This document shows, piece by piece, positions 20,478-33,673 of a DNA stretch of 64,000 bases. Origin of the DNA: Macrostomum lignano (taxonomy: Eukaryota). The notes beneath the pieces were generated by a model that saw only the letters and a program-made list of their open reading frames with translations, ran no database searches and had not been told where the DNA came from. The stretch lies in NCBI GenBank assembly GCA_002269645.1, contig NIVC01000434.1:124001-188000 (forward strand), given 5' to 3'. The position numbers were made by a program, and so were the translations under genes. Position 1 is the first letter of the stretch. Each line of letters starts with the position of its first letter.

Positions 20478-23400
20478 TCAGGTTCGCGACCCTCTCTGCA
20501 GCAGCAGGGATCCTCGATCACCTTCGCCACTGCCGCCGCCGCCGCCGCCTCCGCTGCCACCAGCGCCGCCACCATTAGCGGCCGAATCGTCCGAACTGGC
20601 CGAGTGTGGCAGCGAACAGTCGCGGCTAACAACGCAGAGAAATTCGCCATGATTATCGTCTGAGCTGCCATAATTATAACTGCTACCGGTGCTGATTAAT
20701 TGCTCGAATTTCCAGCCATCGCTAATAGTGCTGACCATTGGCGCGAGCTCCTCTTCTGAGCACTGGAACACCCGATAGACTGGCCGGCTGGACCGGCCGC
20801 ACAATGGACAACCAGAATTGCCAAGACGGTTTTGTTCTTCTCGACGCTTTCTAGCCAGACTAATGAGGCTGGTGATGTTGTAGAATTCGGCCTCTTCTAG
20901 TACGCCATCGAGGCTAAGATTGGCCCCCATAATTAGCTTGCCATGGCGCAGGTAATTCAGCACAATGCCAAAGTACTTTGGATCGCGATCAATTAGGAAT
21001 GCACCATGCTCATCCTGAACAAATGTAAGGTGGTGGCACAGGTTTAGTTGTAAATTAGTATTCATAAGTTAGAATTTTTAGGATTGCGATTGATAGGATT
21101 AGGATCCTATCCTACCTCTAGTTTTGGGATCCTATCATATATCTCTGGTAGCAAAAATGCATATCATAAATGAAAAGGAACAGCCAAGGTCAATAGAATA
21201 ATCACTAATAAGTGGGCCTTTAGTAGATAGTCATATTCATTCATAATTTCATTTAAATTAAAAAAAATTTTTAATTACAAAGGAATGAAAGCTAAATAAC
21301 CCATAGAAGCTTACAAAATGACTAGAAAAATTAAACATAAATAATGAATACCAAATACCAAATATCACAACAGCAAATGTGAAAACAAGCATTTGACAAA
21401 TTTGTTTTTATTTAAATTGACTTTCTAGAGCAGACAAATGTAATAATTGTTCTTTACCTAAATTGTTATGTATGCTTGTGCATATATGTCTTCTATTTGA
21501 ATGCACCCCACAGACAGCAACATTTCTTTTTTAGCCAATGAGAAGAAATCAGTGGCGCAACCAGGATTTTCTTAAGGGGGGGGGGGGCGGAGCAGACCAG
21601 CAGCTTCTACGAGTGCATCTGTTGACTATTGGATTATGGATACACTACGAACAGAACAGTCTCTTGAAGTTTGTGAATTGTGACCAATTATAAACAAACA
21701 CAAAATGCCAAATGGTCAGGAAATCAAGGGTGATGAATGAAACATTGCTAGTAATTTAATCAATGTGTTAATTTATTTAAACAAATGGAAAAGGCGCAAC
21801 TTCAAATTGGTTACTTCTATTTAACAAAATTGCAACTGTGCAAAGCAAAAATACTTGTTATAGTTGTCAACAGGGGAATGATTATTTATTTTTTCAGATT
21901 CAGATACTGTGCTCTATGTCCCGCATCCCAGAGGGGGGCATACAATTGCTAGTTAGAAGGAAAACATAAAATTTGATTCGCTGTCAGTTACCAGTCTACA
22001 TTCATTGCTTCTGCTTCATTAAGGCAAATCAAAATCAAAATGCTGCCCGTCGGTGCTGATCCATCTGCAAGAACTTAGTCACTGCAGCATTGCTCACTTC
22101 AGAAGTGTTGGATAGCAGCTCTCGGTGGATGAACATAAGTGCCAGGCCATTTAGTCGCTCTTCACCCATAGTGCTGCGCAGGTAACTTTTGACAAACTTC
22201 AGTGTCGAAAACGAGCGCTCTCCAGTGGCTGTTGATACTCTGGTAAAGTTGCATAGATCATGAGCAGTGCATGCATATTCGGAAAGCAGTCACTATCGCA
22301 AACTTTCAAAGACTCAGTAATAGTTGACGGGCGCGGGCGATTTTTAGGTTCGCCGTTCTTCCACAGCCGTTGCCACAGCTTGAATTCCGCTTCTATTAAG
22401 TCCATCTCATCAGTTGGTAGGTAGTTAGCGAAGTGGACTGCGGCACTAGTCACGTCTGAAAACTCACAGCGCACACAATTGTTAGGCAAAATGGCTGAGA
22501 GTCCGGAAGCAATTGATTTTAGACTTTTGAATCGATCGTCAAAATTAGCTAGCGTCGAATCCAGGAATGGATAATAAGCGTTTAATCGCCTGTTTTTTGC
22601 AGAAACAGGAATTGCAGCAGCAGCTCGAACTCGAAGCGACTCCAACTCCGACTGGGGGGACTGCGAGTCCTGGTCCCCGGTCCCAATTATCTTTACCGTT
22701 CATAGATCTAGATCTAGACTAGATCTCTCCTGCTTTGCAGCTTTTTGCGTGTTGATTTAATTACTTAATTGACTGAAATCTTAATAAGTCAAGTCAACAG
22801 ACAATTGCCGTTAGAACAGTTAATATCCAAGTATTCCTAATGTTAAAAACTCTGCTCTGCTCTTATACCAGTAGGCAATAACAACAGTAGAAATAACAGT
22901 CAGAAATTGAACTTGTACTGTACATCATCGATCCTCTTTACATGTACATCTTTCTTTGGGAAGGGTGAGGTGGGGACGGGGTGGGGAAGGCAGGCATCAG
23001 TGTAGAGACACCAAGACTAGGCCCACCTCAGGCTCAGCCACACATTTCCTTTCCCTTGGACCACGTCCATCACCACTCTTCCTTGCCTCCTTCCCTTGTC
23101 TAATGTCCAAAACTACACATTTCGATTAAAACACAACACTGAAGACTCAATAACAACTACTGTACATTTGGGCCTTGGCATGGTTGGCTTGGGTTGGGGA
23201 GCTAGCTTGTTTAGGGTAGGATAGGAAGGGAAGGGAAGAGGGTCAGACTGCCAATAGCAAAAGGGCCAATAGGCATGATAGTGATAGGGAGGAAGGCGGT
23301 TTAGCTTAAGCTTACAAAACTGCAGTCTGCTGTGCCCAGCCGGGGCTGCCTGCCTGCCAAGCAACATATTTGGTTACTTAACTCCAGTAGGCTTTCCTTC

Positions 23401-25101
23401 TAAATCTAAACTGTAAACAGAAAAGTTGTTAGTATTACCTCAATCCCTCAATATCTTCAATGAACAAAAATCATGTCTTATTCTATTTGGTCAGACGGTC
23501 ACCTGTAAGGGGGGGGGGCCACCTCCTCCCCTAGTTGCGCTAGTGGAAGAAATTTAACTCAGATTGGATTGGTTAATAGTTCAACACAAAGCAGTCAATG
23601 ATACAAAAATTTTGCACCTGTTGGACTAAGTGCTAAGCTCAATAGACTAAATTTTAACAACTACAGTCTTCTAGCACCAATGTGCATTAGCACAAAACAG
23701 TCTTGTTTATAAGAAGACTTATAAGAATAACTTGCACATTGGAGGAAGACTATGCTTATACTATACAGTTTGTTTATTTATATGTATTCTTGCACACACA
23801 TTATTCATACCTGTATAAAATCTGCTAAGCTTTGAGAATATAGGCTTGAGTAAATCTTTCCCACAGTTAACAATTTGATAAAACTGAAACAATACATTTT
23901 CTTTTGGACTATAGACACCATAGTGCAGAAGGATGTCCATGTACAACAGAACTTTAATAAAAAAAATTTGACTTGTTATATAACAGTAGGATGGGGATTG
24001 AAAAATGGTACTACTAGTATACAATAAGGTACAATAGGAATTGACACAAATATAAATATAATATATTCTAATTTTCTAGAAAGTGCAAAGTAAAACAATA
24101 ATTATGTTGTTATTTACTGACTGCACACAATGCACATCAGTTAGGAAAACAAAACAAATATGAAAGTTTTCTTATGCATGAATTTTGTTTGTGATTTTTC
24201 TTTCATTGGCAACAGTACCATAATGAATGAGTTTTAAATATGGAAATGACTTACAAATTATGGTTAATGAAAAAATACTTTTTGATGTTTGACTCGTGTA
24301 TGATTGTATGATAGTGTACAATATAGCACCCCCAAAAAAGAGTGATGTATGATATGTACGACAGGTGATCCTTGTGTATGATAGAAATTTCTATCATATA
24401 TCTATCCTTCTGCACTATGGTATATATAGACACAATAATGATATAATAGCAAAGGCTGTCAAATCTTGCTAACCAAGCAGCAATGGGGGTAAAGGAATAA
24501 GCAAGCATAAAAGCAAATATATCACCATAGTCAAGATCATGGCACGTCTGCACTAGAATGAATCCTATCAAAAAAATTTGATTACATCATGTGCTGGAAC
24601 ATATCTTATCAAAAAAGTTTGCTTGCACTATGCGCCAAAACTAATCCTATCAAAAAAGTTTGCTCCTGCCATATACTGCAACTTTTTGAAAAAACAAAAA
24701 TCAGTACTTTTCTATTTGATAAAATATTAGTAAAATAAAACTTGTAGGCCTATTTAAATCTGTTTCATAGAAAATGACCATAGTTAGGCCTATTCCACAC
24801 AAAAAACACAACAAATTGTTAATTATAGGTGAAAACGACTAAATATAATAAAGTTTATGCAGTAAAAAATTACCTTGTCACTTTTCAAGACAGAATCTTC
24901 TTGAACAAGTCTTGCTAGAAAAGATTCATTGTACTGCAATAATGTTGATCGGGTTGTAACAAATGTTTTGCCACCAACATTAAGTCTAATCCATCGAGAG
25001 TGTGCTCCTCCTTGAGCATTGTTTTGTAACGTCAAACCAGCACTTAATGAAGCCGTTATGTGACCGTGTCCATTGTTGGAAGGTCTTTGGTTATCAGACA
25101 T
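20478..25101 (-). CDS. KCTD5: BTB/POZ protein of the KCTD5/2/17 group, 2 coding exons, ~254 aa
   Basis: Exon 25101-24874 ([18 protein letters not shown]...KSDK|gt) and exon 21014-20478 ([27 protein letters not shown]...[26 protein letters not shown]); phase-0 junction. Confidence 0.9.
21550..23545 (-). mobile_element. Internally deleted hAT DNA transposon in the KCTD5 intron
   Basis: TIRs CAGTGGCGCAACCAGG / CACTAGCGCAACTAGG (13/16); 8-bp TSD GAAGAAAT at 21542-21549 and 23546-23553; frameshifted hAT C-terminal dimerisation domain ([38 protein letters not shown]) at ~22100-22645. Confidence 0.92.
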
Positions 25102-26999
25102 CTTTGAGTTTGTCAAGTATTATTATTAATAATTAATAGGTATTAACTTTAAGTCTTAACGCTAATAATACTGCCCTGCTGTAGATCAATACTATAAAGT
25201 GTTAGAAGCGGCAAAGAATAACCAGATAATTTTTTGTGACTTTGTAGGCGCAAATATTTTTTGATTTCTAAGAGTTAAAAATATTGCACTTTATACGGTG
25301 ATCAGAGTACTAACTACTGAATTCACCGGCACTTGGGTTCACCGGATTTTTAACTTTATTTTTAAGGCTTAAAAATATACATAATCGATAGCGCAAGTAA
25401 AACTAGAGATGCGCCTAGATTTTTGGCTCTGCGCGTTGCCCCTGGACATCAGGAGGGCGATTTTTGTTATTTTTTGGGGGTGAAACCGGCGGTGAACCCA
25501 ATAAATCCTTCCAGAGAGCTGAAAACCTGTTATGCAATATTTCAAAGCAAAATATAGGCAGATTTCGACGTGCGCATAAAATTTCAGCGTTGCGCGTTGC
25601 TCCTGAACTGCAGGAGAACGTTTTTTTGTTAAATTCCGGTGTTGAATGACTGCCGCTGAACTCCGCGGTGAACGAAATTAAGTGCGTTTCCCGAGTCGAA
25701 AAATAGTAAATTTTCCTATTAAAAAAGTTATCAAATTAAAGTTTTATCACTTTCATCAGCATTTTTGCACTCAATTTTGTGTTGACTGTTAAGCTATTTA
25801 TTTTAATGCAAAGCGAAAACATTAAAAAATATTTCGAACTGCGAGTCTTTATTGCGCAACGTGGCAGCAGGCAGTTACAGCGCACTTGCGCATAAAAAAT
25901 ACATTATATTTATACGCCGTGTGGTATTTTTGTGGCCATACTTAATAATGAAGCCTTTTATGCTGTTTTACTTCCTATATTTTTAGATTTATTTTTCAAT
26001 TACGTCTTGAAACATGCAGTCAAAGTGTTAATATCAGTATAGGCAATAAAATAAAATTGGCATTTCTTGGCTTGATGCTTTTTACAACTTGTTAAAACCT
26101 CTATTTTAATATTTCTTCTCTTCTAATAAGTCAAATTATAAACATAATATCTATTTAAGATTCCATAGTGCTTTTCCATTAAGTATAAATTCAATTATAT
26201 CAGGCAGGCACTTAGTATACTTTTATAAAATAATAACTATAACATGCAATAAAAATATTGACTATACTAGCCTATTTAATTACTTGTAATTTTATGTAAT
26301 ATTACTAGCCAATAAATATTTTTATATTTGATTTCATTGTAATTATAAAAAATTTAAAAAATTCTGTATATTTATAACATTGTTGACTCATAAAATTCTT
26401 TCTTGTTTTTTCTCCTAACCATAATTAATATTTCAAAAAATATACATCAAGAATTATTAATTTTTCTTGATTTGTAAATAAAAATATTACCCTGCAATTT
26501 TCAATATTTTTCATGTATTTTATGTAAAATGCGCAATTTCATGTGTTTTTTGTGTTTCCATCAGTTTAGCTTGGGCTAACTAGAAACTGCAGACTGACAG
26601 AATGCATTTCTTTCTCCGGGATATTGTTTCTTTCTAAGTTAAAGAGACCAATATGCTCATTAGGAGTAGCTTTATGCCCAGAAGCACAGTACGCACAATA
26701 AATTGTGTTTTTTGTGTTTCCATCAGTTTAGCCTGTTATTGGGCTTTCTAGAAACTGAAGACTGACAGAATGTATCCCTTTTTCAGGGATACTGTTTCTT
26801 TCCAAGTTAAAGAGACGAATCTGCTTCATACCAACGTCTTAATCGCTAAAATCACAGTAACACAATAAATTCGGAACCCACTTTCCCTTTTTACTCGCGT
26901 TTATTAACGATGCGTACACTGTTTTCGAAGCGCAAGGTCCTCTACCTGCGAATGCTGCTTTTTGTCGGCGTTTGAGTTGAGTTGATGTTCAAGAAGCGA

Positions 27000-27262
27000 C
27001 AGCTCTAGGACCAGATGGACAAGATGTCTATGCCACGTTTCCTACTGCGGAAGTGAAAAAGTACGAGGATTTGATCAAGAAGTTTGATGTCTACTGCCAG
27101 CCTCTCTCCAACGAGACATTTGAAAGCTATCAGCTGCGCACCAGAATGCAAGGAGAAGCGGAGGACTTCGACCAGTTCATGGGTTCTCTACGCCAGCTCG
27201 TGAAGCGCTGCAACTACAGCAAACCTGACAACGACGAGATCAAGAACAGCATCTTCGATAGC
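27000..27262 (+). pseudogene. Ty3/gypsy gag fragment inside the foldback element
   Basis: KYEDLIKKFDVYCQPLSNETFESYQLRTRMQGEAEDFDQFMGSLRQLVKRCNY resembles LTR-retrotransposon capsid; truncated at both ends. Confidence 0.7.
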
Positions 27263-27620
27263 TTACAGCCTGTCCTTCTGGCTGTTGGGGTGAAGCGCGA
27301 GAAGCGCGGGCCCGCTCACGATACGCCCGAAGGTTCTTGGCCTGGTCCAGCGCGCGCTGGATCAGGCCGGACCTCCGGGTGCTCCTGGCGGGTCTGCGAT
27401 TGCGATTTCCGGTTTCAGCAGCGCGAACTGCCTTACCGGGCATAGGATCGGCCGTTTGCCTCGGCTTCTTTGCCGGAGGAGCCTGGGCCCCAGTTCCGGT
27501 TTCGGAAGCCTTGGCATTCTTGGCTTCATCAGCTTTCCGCTCCTCGCAACGGAGGATGGTCAGCTGAGTCAGACCAAGAGCCTCTTCACGGCAATCGATT
27601 CTCGAACCAGAATCGGTTCG
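27263..27620 (-). pseudogene. Probable retroelement ORF1-type fragment inside the foldback element
   Basis: GC-rich, basic, low-complexity open frame abutting the gag piece; family not identifiable by eye. Confidence 0.4.
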
Positions 27621-27824
27621 GATTTCCAAGAAAAAAAGCAGTATAACTATTTAACTTTGTTGAATGTTTGACTGCCTTAACAGCCTCAATTCGCACTATT
27701 TTTCACTTTCTTCTTGGCTATTGCCATTTAATAATCACAATTTTAAAGCACTAATATCCCTCTAGTTTAGGAGACAAAAAGTTATACTTTACAAATTGGT
27801 TCTGGTTCTAGAACCAGAACAAGC

Positions 27825-28690
27825 AATATGAAGAGCCTTCCCCTTCAATATGGATTGTGGACTTAGGCGGCAAGTGCTCAGCCCAGTCATTAGAGAGCCC
27901 TAGGATCACCGTAGCCCCCTTCTCCTTGCGGGAAGTGGCGTGGTGTAGGAGCCCGTTGACCTCAAGGTCAGGGTGCAGCTTTAGCAATATTTGCCTAAGC
28001 TGATCTCCGGACTTAATGGCACTGCCGGCCGGGATCCAGACGCGAAAGCGCTGGCGAAGACGAGCTTGCCGAGCTTCTTGGGCCAGTTCAGCTTTGGCAG
28101 AAGCTCGCGTAGACTGCGGCTGCTCTCCTCCGAGCTGCACCAGATGAAGATGCAGCCGTCGGTCTTGGCGGACTTGACCACGCTCACAGGGCGGCCCGCC
28201 AGGAGCTGGTCGATGAGCGCAGCATCGATGGTGCGCCAGGCACTGTCGAGCTCGTCGGCCGTGAGGTCTTGCTCTTCCCCGAAGACGATGACCGCCGGTT
28301 GGAGCTTGACCTTTGAGGCGTAATTAGTGCGGCGGTTTCCCAGCTCACCAGCGGGGGTTGTATCCTTGGGGCAGGGGTTGCTGTGGCTCCTTTCGGGCCA
28401 ACAGCAGCCTCGTCCTCCCTAGGTTCCCCCTCCGCCGGTGGTCGGCCCGCAGTCGCCGTCGCCGCTCGTTGCGGCGTTGGTTGCGGGCGCGTCGGGCTTC
28501 AGCGGAGGGCCCGGTTGCGCGTGCGGGCATGTCACCGGCCGAGCCGGCGGCAAGCCCATCTGCCCCCTGTGGGGCGGCGCTCGTGCCAGAGTCACCGGCC
28601 GGAGTTGCCGGGGCCCCGGCTTCAGCGGGGTTGAAAGAGGCGGATGACGCCATAGCTGAAAGCGGGAAGGATGAGATGAGGCACGGTGCT
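27825..28690 (-). pseudogene. Non-LTR retrotransposon ORF1 fragment (LOA/R1-like, frameshifted)
   Basis: Ala/Arg-rich start, then SAWRTIDAALIDQL...DGCIFIWCSSEESSRSLRELL..LNW and RFRVWIP...ILLKLHPDL...GATVILGL across frameshifts. Confidence 0.55.
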
Positions 28691-29275
28691 GATGAGATGA
28701 GACGCTTCGCTTCGCTGAAGGCCATCTCGCATTTTGCGTCCCAGTTCCATGGCGTGTCCTTGCGCAGGAGCGCTGTTAGCGGCTCGGCGACGTGAGACAG
28801 GTTCTTGATGTAGAACTGGAAGAACTTTGCAAAGCCAAGGAATGAGGCTAACTTTGCCGTATTGGTGGGTGCCTTAAGTCCCGATACGGACTCGGTGTGC
28901 GACTGGAGAGGTTGAATTCCCGCTGCGCTGACGCGGTGTCCAACGAACTCGATCTCCGACGCCTTGAAGGTTGCACTTCTTGAGGTTGACGGTTACTCGA
29001 TGCTGCAGCAGCTTGTCCAGTACCTGAAGTACGCGACTTTCGTGCTCAGCTTCAGTACCGGCGTGAACGGCGATGTCGTCTTGATAGTGAACGACGCCTC
29101 TGATGCCTTGGAGGATCTTGCCGACGAGCTTCTGGAAGGCCGCCGGATCCGAGCTGATGCCGAACGGCATGCGTCTGAAACGGTAGAGGCCGAATTCGGT
29201 GTGGAAGCAGGTCAGATTCTTGGCGTCATCGTGCAGAGGCAGCTGTAGATACGACTGGTTGAGGTTGATTCGTGA
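28690..29275 (-). pseudogene. Ty3/gypsy reverse transcriptase fragment inside the foldback element
   Basis: FSRINLNQSYLQL..TCFHTEFGLYRFRRMPFGISS.PAAFQ..VHYQDDIAV, then after a frameshift FVGHRVSA.GI.P..FLGFAKFF..WNWD.KCEMAF. Confidence 0.9.
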
Positions 29276-31844
29276 GAAAAACTTCGAATTGTAAACCTCA
29301 AATATATTACTAATTAAAAATTTTAAAACACGTTTCCATTCTTTTGAATTAGAATAGCAGGTATGTTCAGAGCTAAAATAATTCTGGTTTAACAATTTTA
29401 TGCCTTACTTGATTTCATTCACAACTCTCGCTGCACTACTCATAGTAAAGTAGTAAAGATGTATCAATGTTGTTGCAACAACATTGCCAATTTTGACAAT
29501 GGCACGACAAAAAATTTCTTGTGACAACATTGATGTCAACAATTCAGCAACACGAGGAATATCCGTAAAAAGGAATACATTCTGTCAGTCTTCAGTTTCT
29601 AGAAAGCCCAATAACAGGCTAAACTGATGGAAACACAAAAAACACAATTTATTGTGCGTACTGTGCTTCTGGGCATAAAGCTACTCCTAATGAGCATATT
29701 GGTCTCCTTAACTTAGAAAGAAGCAATATCCCGGAGAAAGAAATGCATTCTGTCAGTCTGCAGTTTCTAGATAGCCCAATAACAGGCTAAACTGATGGAA
29801 ACACAAAAAACACAATTTATTGTGCGTACTGTGCTTCTGGGCATAAAGCTACTCCTAATGAGCATATTGGTCTCTTTAACTTAGAAAGAAACAATATCCC
29901 GGAGAAAGAAATGCATTCTGTCAGTCTGCAGTTTCTAGTTAGCCCAAGCTAAACTGATGGAAACACAAAAAACACATGAAATTGCGCATTTTACATAAAA
30001 TACATGAAAAATATTGAAAATTGCAGGGTAATATTTTTATTTACAAATCAAGAAAAATTAATAATTCTTGATGTATATTTTTTGAAATATTAATTATGGT
30101 TAGGAGAAAAAACAAGAAAGAATTTTATGAGTCAACAATGTTATAAATATACAGAATTTTTTAAATTTTTTATAATTACAATGAAATCAAATATAAAAAT
30201 ATTTATTGGCTAGTAATATTACATAAAATTACAAGTAATTAAATAGGCTAGTATAGTCAATATTTTTATTGCATGTTATAGTTATTATTTTATAAAAGTA
30301 TACTAAGTGCCTGCCTGATATAATTGAATTTATACTTAATGGAAAAGCACTATGGAATCTTAAATAGATATTATGTTTATAATTTGACTTATTAGAAGAG
30401 AAGAAATATTAAAATAGAGGTTTTAACAAGTTGTAAAAAGCATCAAGCCAAGAAATGCCAATTTTATTTTATTGCCTATACTGATATTAACACTTTGACT
30501 GCATGTTTCAAGACGTAATTGAAAAATAAATCTAAAAATATAGGAAGTAAAACAGCATAAAAGGCTTCATTATTAAGTATGGCCACAAAAATACCACACG
30601 GCGTATAAATATAATGTATTTTTTATGCGCAAGTGCGCTGTAACTGCCTGCTGCCACGTTGCGCAATAAAGACTCGCAGTTCGAAATATTTTTTAATGTT
30701 TTCGCTTTGCATTAAAATAAATAGCTTAACAGTCAACACAAAATTGAGTGCAAAAATGCTGATGAAAGTGATAAAACTTTAATTTGATAACTTTTTTAAT
30801 AGGAAAATTTACTATTTTTCGACTCGGGAAACGCACTTAATTTCGTTCACCGCGGAGTTCAGCGGCAGTCATTCAACACCGGAATTTAACAAAAAAACGT
30901 TCTCCTGCAGTTCAGGAGCAACGCGCAACGCTGAAATTTTATGCGCACGTCGAAATCTGCCTATATTTTGCTTTGAAATATTGCATAACAGGTTTTCAGC
31001 TCTCTGGAAGGATTTATTGGGTTCACCGCCGGTTTCACCCCCAAAAAATAACAAAAATCGCCCTCCTGATGTCCAGGGGCAACGCGCAGAGCCAAAAATC
31101 TAGGCGCATCTCTAGTTTTACTTGCGCTATCGATTATGTATATTTTTAAGCCTTAAAAATAAAGTTAAAAATCCGGTGAACCCAAGTGCCGGTGAATTCA
31201 GTAGTTAGTGATCAGAGTTCCATTAGTTTTCCATGAAACTTTAAAATTTAAAAACAAAGTTCCTGATTAACAAAAAAGTAAACTCTATAAAACATAAGGA
31301 GGTACTCAAGTCGTAGTTTTGTTAAATAAAGATTAAAACTAAACATTTAAAGTAAAACTGTATCTTTTTATTAGGGTCAAACACCTTGTTCGAAAGTGTT
31401 TTTTATTTAAAAGCAAAAAGGTTTCCCTGAAACTGAAACTTGAAAGTGTGTATTTTAACTCTCATCTAAGCTTTGCTGGCCAATTGACGTGGGCCTCGGG
31501 CTGGATGTCTGAACCTGAATATCTACTCATTGTGCTGGTCGTTTTTGTGACTTGTATCTCAAAAATGCGCGACCTGTATGTTCTTAATTGCATAGGTTTT
31601 TGGAAAATGTCAATATTTGTTTGTTAAATTATTTTGAGTAATTGACTACACAAAATTAATCTATGGACTATATTTTAAATAAGAATGACTAATTTTAAGG
31701 GACTTAAGCCTGATTAGCACTATCTTTATGCTTCAAAACTTGTTATAACGTACCTGATCTCTTAAAGCTTCTAGCAGTCTATGGCCAATAAGCAATACAG
31801 CCAAAATTATGGTTATAATAATTTGGTAGGGGACTACACAAAAC

Positions 31845-33673
31845 GGCTACAGGTCAAAAGGGCGACAGATCAAAAGGGCGACAGTTAAAAGGGCCACAGT
31901 CAAAAGGGCGACAGTCAAAAGGGCGACAGTTACAGTGTATTTATATTGAAAATACGAGTTCCATGTACATTAAAAGTATTTGTTAAAAGCAGTAAACATG
32001 TATCATACTTGTATTTGTTAAAATGCATTGTTAAAATTGTACGAGTCAGTTAAAATGGGTATGTTAAAAGCTGGACACGTATTGGACAGACTATTAAATG
32101 TTAAAATGTGGTTCAGTAAGGTCCATTTATTTCACTAACCGCCTTCAGTAGATCATCCGCCGAGTGGTTGCCACGCCTGAATTCTCTCCAGTATTTGAAG
32201 TACTGGGCCTGCATACTTCGGTATCTGTTGCGCTGTACGCGGCGCATTACTCCTTGGGAGAGGAGCTGCACCTCTACGGGGATCATTGCGCTTCATTGAA
32301 TAGGAGCTTGATGAGCAGGTAGAATTGGATGTTTCCTCGCTTGGCTCTGTAGTTTAGAGCGTGATGCCAGCTCTCTAAGTCATTGTTGGTCCTAACCGCC
32401 TGTTGAAGTAAAGAAAAATATTTTTTTTCTGGCTGCCTAGCAGTAGCGGATTTAAAGGGGGCGCGCGCACCCCGTCGAGTTTGATTTTTTCTTTTTTTCT
32501 ATGGAAAGTACACATTTTCAGGTACATATATATGTACATCATGATATGCATAAACATGCACCTTAATTAGTACTCTGCGTCCATGTGCACTTTTACTCCT
32601 ACATGTGCATTTTACTTGTACATGTACTTTTTACATGCATTGTACTGTCTTTTCCAAGTTCTCTCCAAGATTGCAGTGATATTTTCCGGGCATATAACAG
32701 ATTTTTTTCATAACTTTACCTGTCTGTATACGGAGATGTCATGGACATTCCAGATGGAGCTGGTGATCCACGTCACTTGGACATAGTCGCACAGGGCAGA
32801 CAGGAGAGGTGTTAGAGTAGTCTCAATGCGGAGACAGTAAAATGTCATCGCGATATGCTGAGGTGGCAGGAAGGGGAGCGCCATCAGCTTTCCTCTGCTG
32901 GTCTATGAAGTGGAGGATGGTTGTGGTGACTGTGGCCTTTGGTGAAGGTATCACCCTTTTGAACCACTGTGGCGCCACAGTGTGCTTTGCGCTGCGAGCA
33001 TCGCCAGTATGTGTTGTTGCCACAAGTCCGTGACACACCAAAGCTGTACTGACCATCCACGATTAATACATCTTTCTTCTTGTTTGAGCCATCACGAATC
33101 AGTTCAAAATCTGCAATCTCCCGTGCTGTGATCTCCCAAGGAGCTGGATCTCAAATGCTTATGCCAGTGTCCGTTGGCACACCATCCTGACTAACATCAT
33201 TTCCATCCACATCCTCGCTCACATCCTCACCCTGAGTGATATCCTCATCCTCAAAAATTACCTCTACCGATGGTTGATCGGCATCCTGCTCAGGAGTATG
33301 ATCGCTGACAGTGTCCTGTGGCTGTTGCTGCAGGATACTACAGTTACTGCACCTCCAGTCAAAGTTGTCCAAATGCTGAAGAGCGCGATATTGCTCTTGT
33401 GTAATGCTGCTGTTGCATGTTCGGTGTTGCCAATGATGGCAGCCATCACACTGCAAGCCTTGCTGACATTGGCGGACCTCATACAAGTACAAATTGTCAG
33501 CACAAAAATTGTTATTGCTAAGATTCTAAGATTTTCTAAGAAACGAGGTTTCCCATCCTTCCACTTAAGTAGTTCTTGGTCTAATACCTTGTCGCCCTTT
33601 TGACTGTCGCCCTTTTGACTATCGCCCTTTTAACTGTCGCCCTTTTCATCTGTCACCCTTTTGATCGGTTGCC
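31845..33673 (-). mobile_element. Non-autonomous Mutator (MULE) derivative carrying PHD, FLYWCH and transposase C-terminal remnants
   Basis: ~85-bp TIRs built of TCAAAAGGGCGACAG subrepeats; 8-bp TSD CACAAAAC at 31837-31844 and 33674-33681; CDGCHHWQHRTC..WRCSNC (PHD), YWRCSQRKAHCGA..HHNH (FLYWCH), RTNNDLESWH (MULE C-terminal motif); catalytic core missing. Confidence 0.9.

Larger units (their letters stand above)
25309..31209. mobile_element. 5.9-kb foldback (Mutator-like) element with ~1.5-1.65-kb terminal inverted repeats and captured cargo
   Basis: Arms 25309-~26790 and ~29560-31209 are near-identical reverse complements wherever I compared them (both begin ACTAACTACTGAATTCACCGGC); 9-bp TSD GATCAGAGT at 25300-25308 and 31210-31218; no transposase ORF. 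Confidence 0.93.

Noticed and set aside
25464-25649. Identical 61-aa ORFs at 25464 (+) and 31054 (-) as a transposase or cargo gene
   Set aside because: TTG start, no motifs; the identity only reflects the inverted arms.
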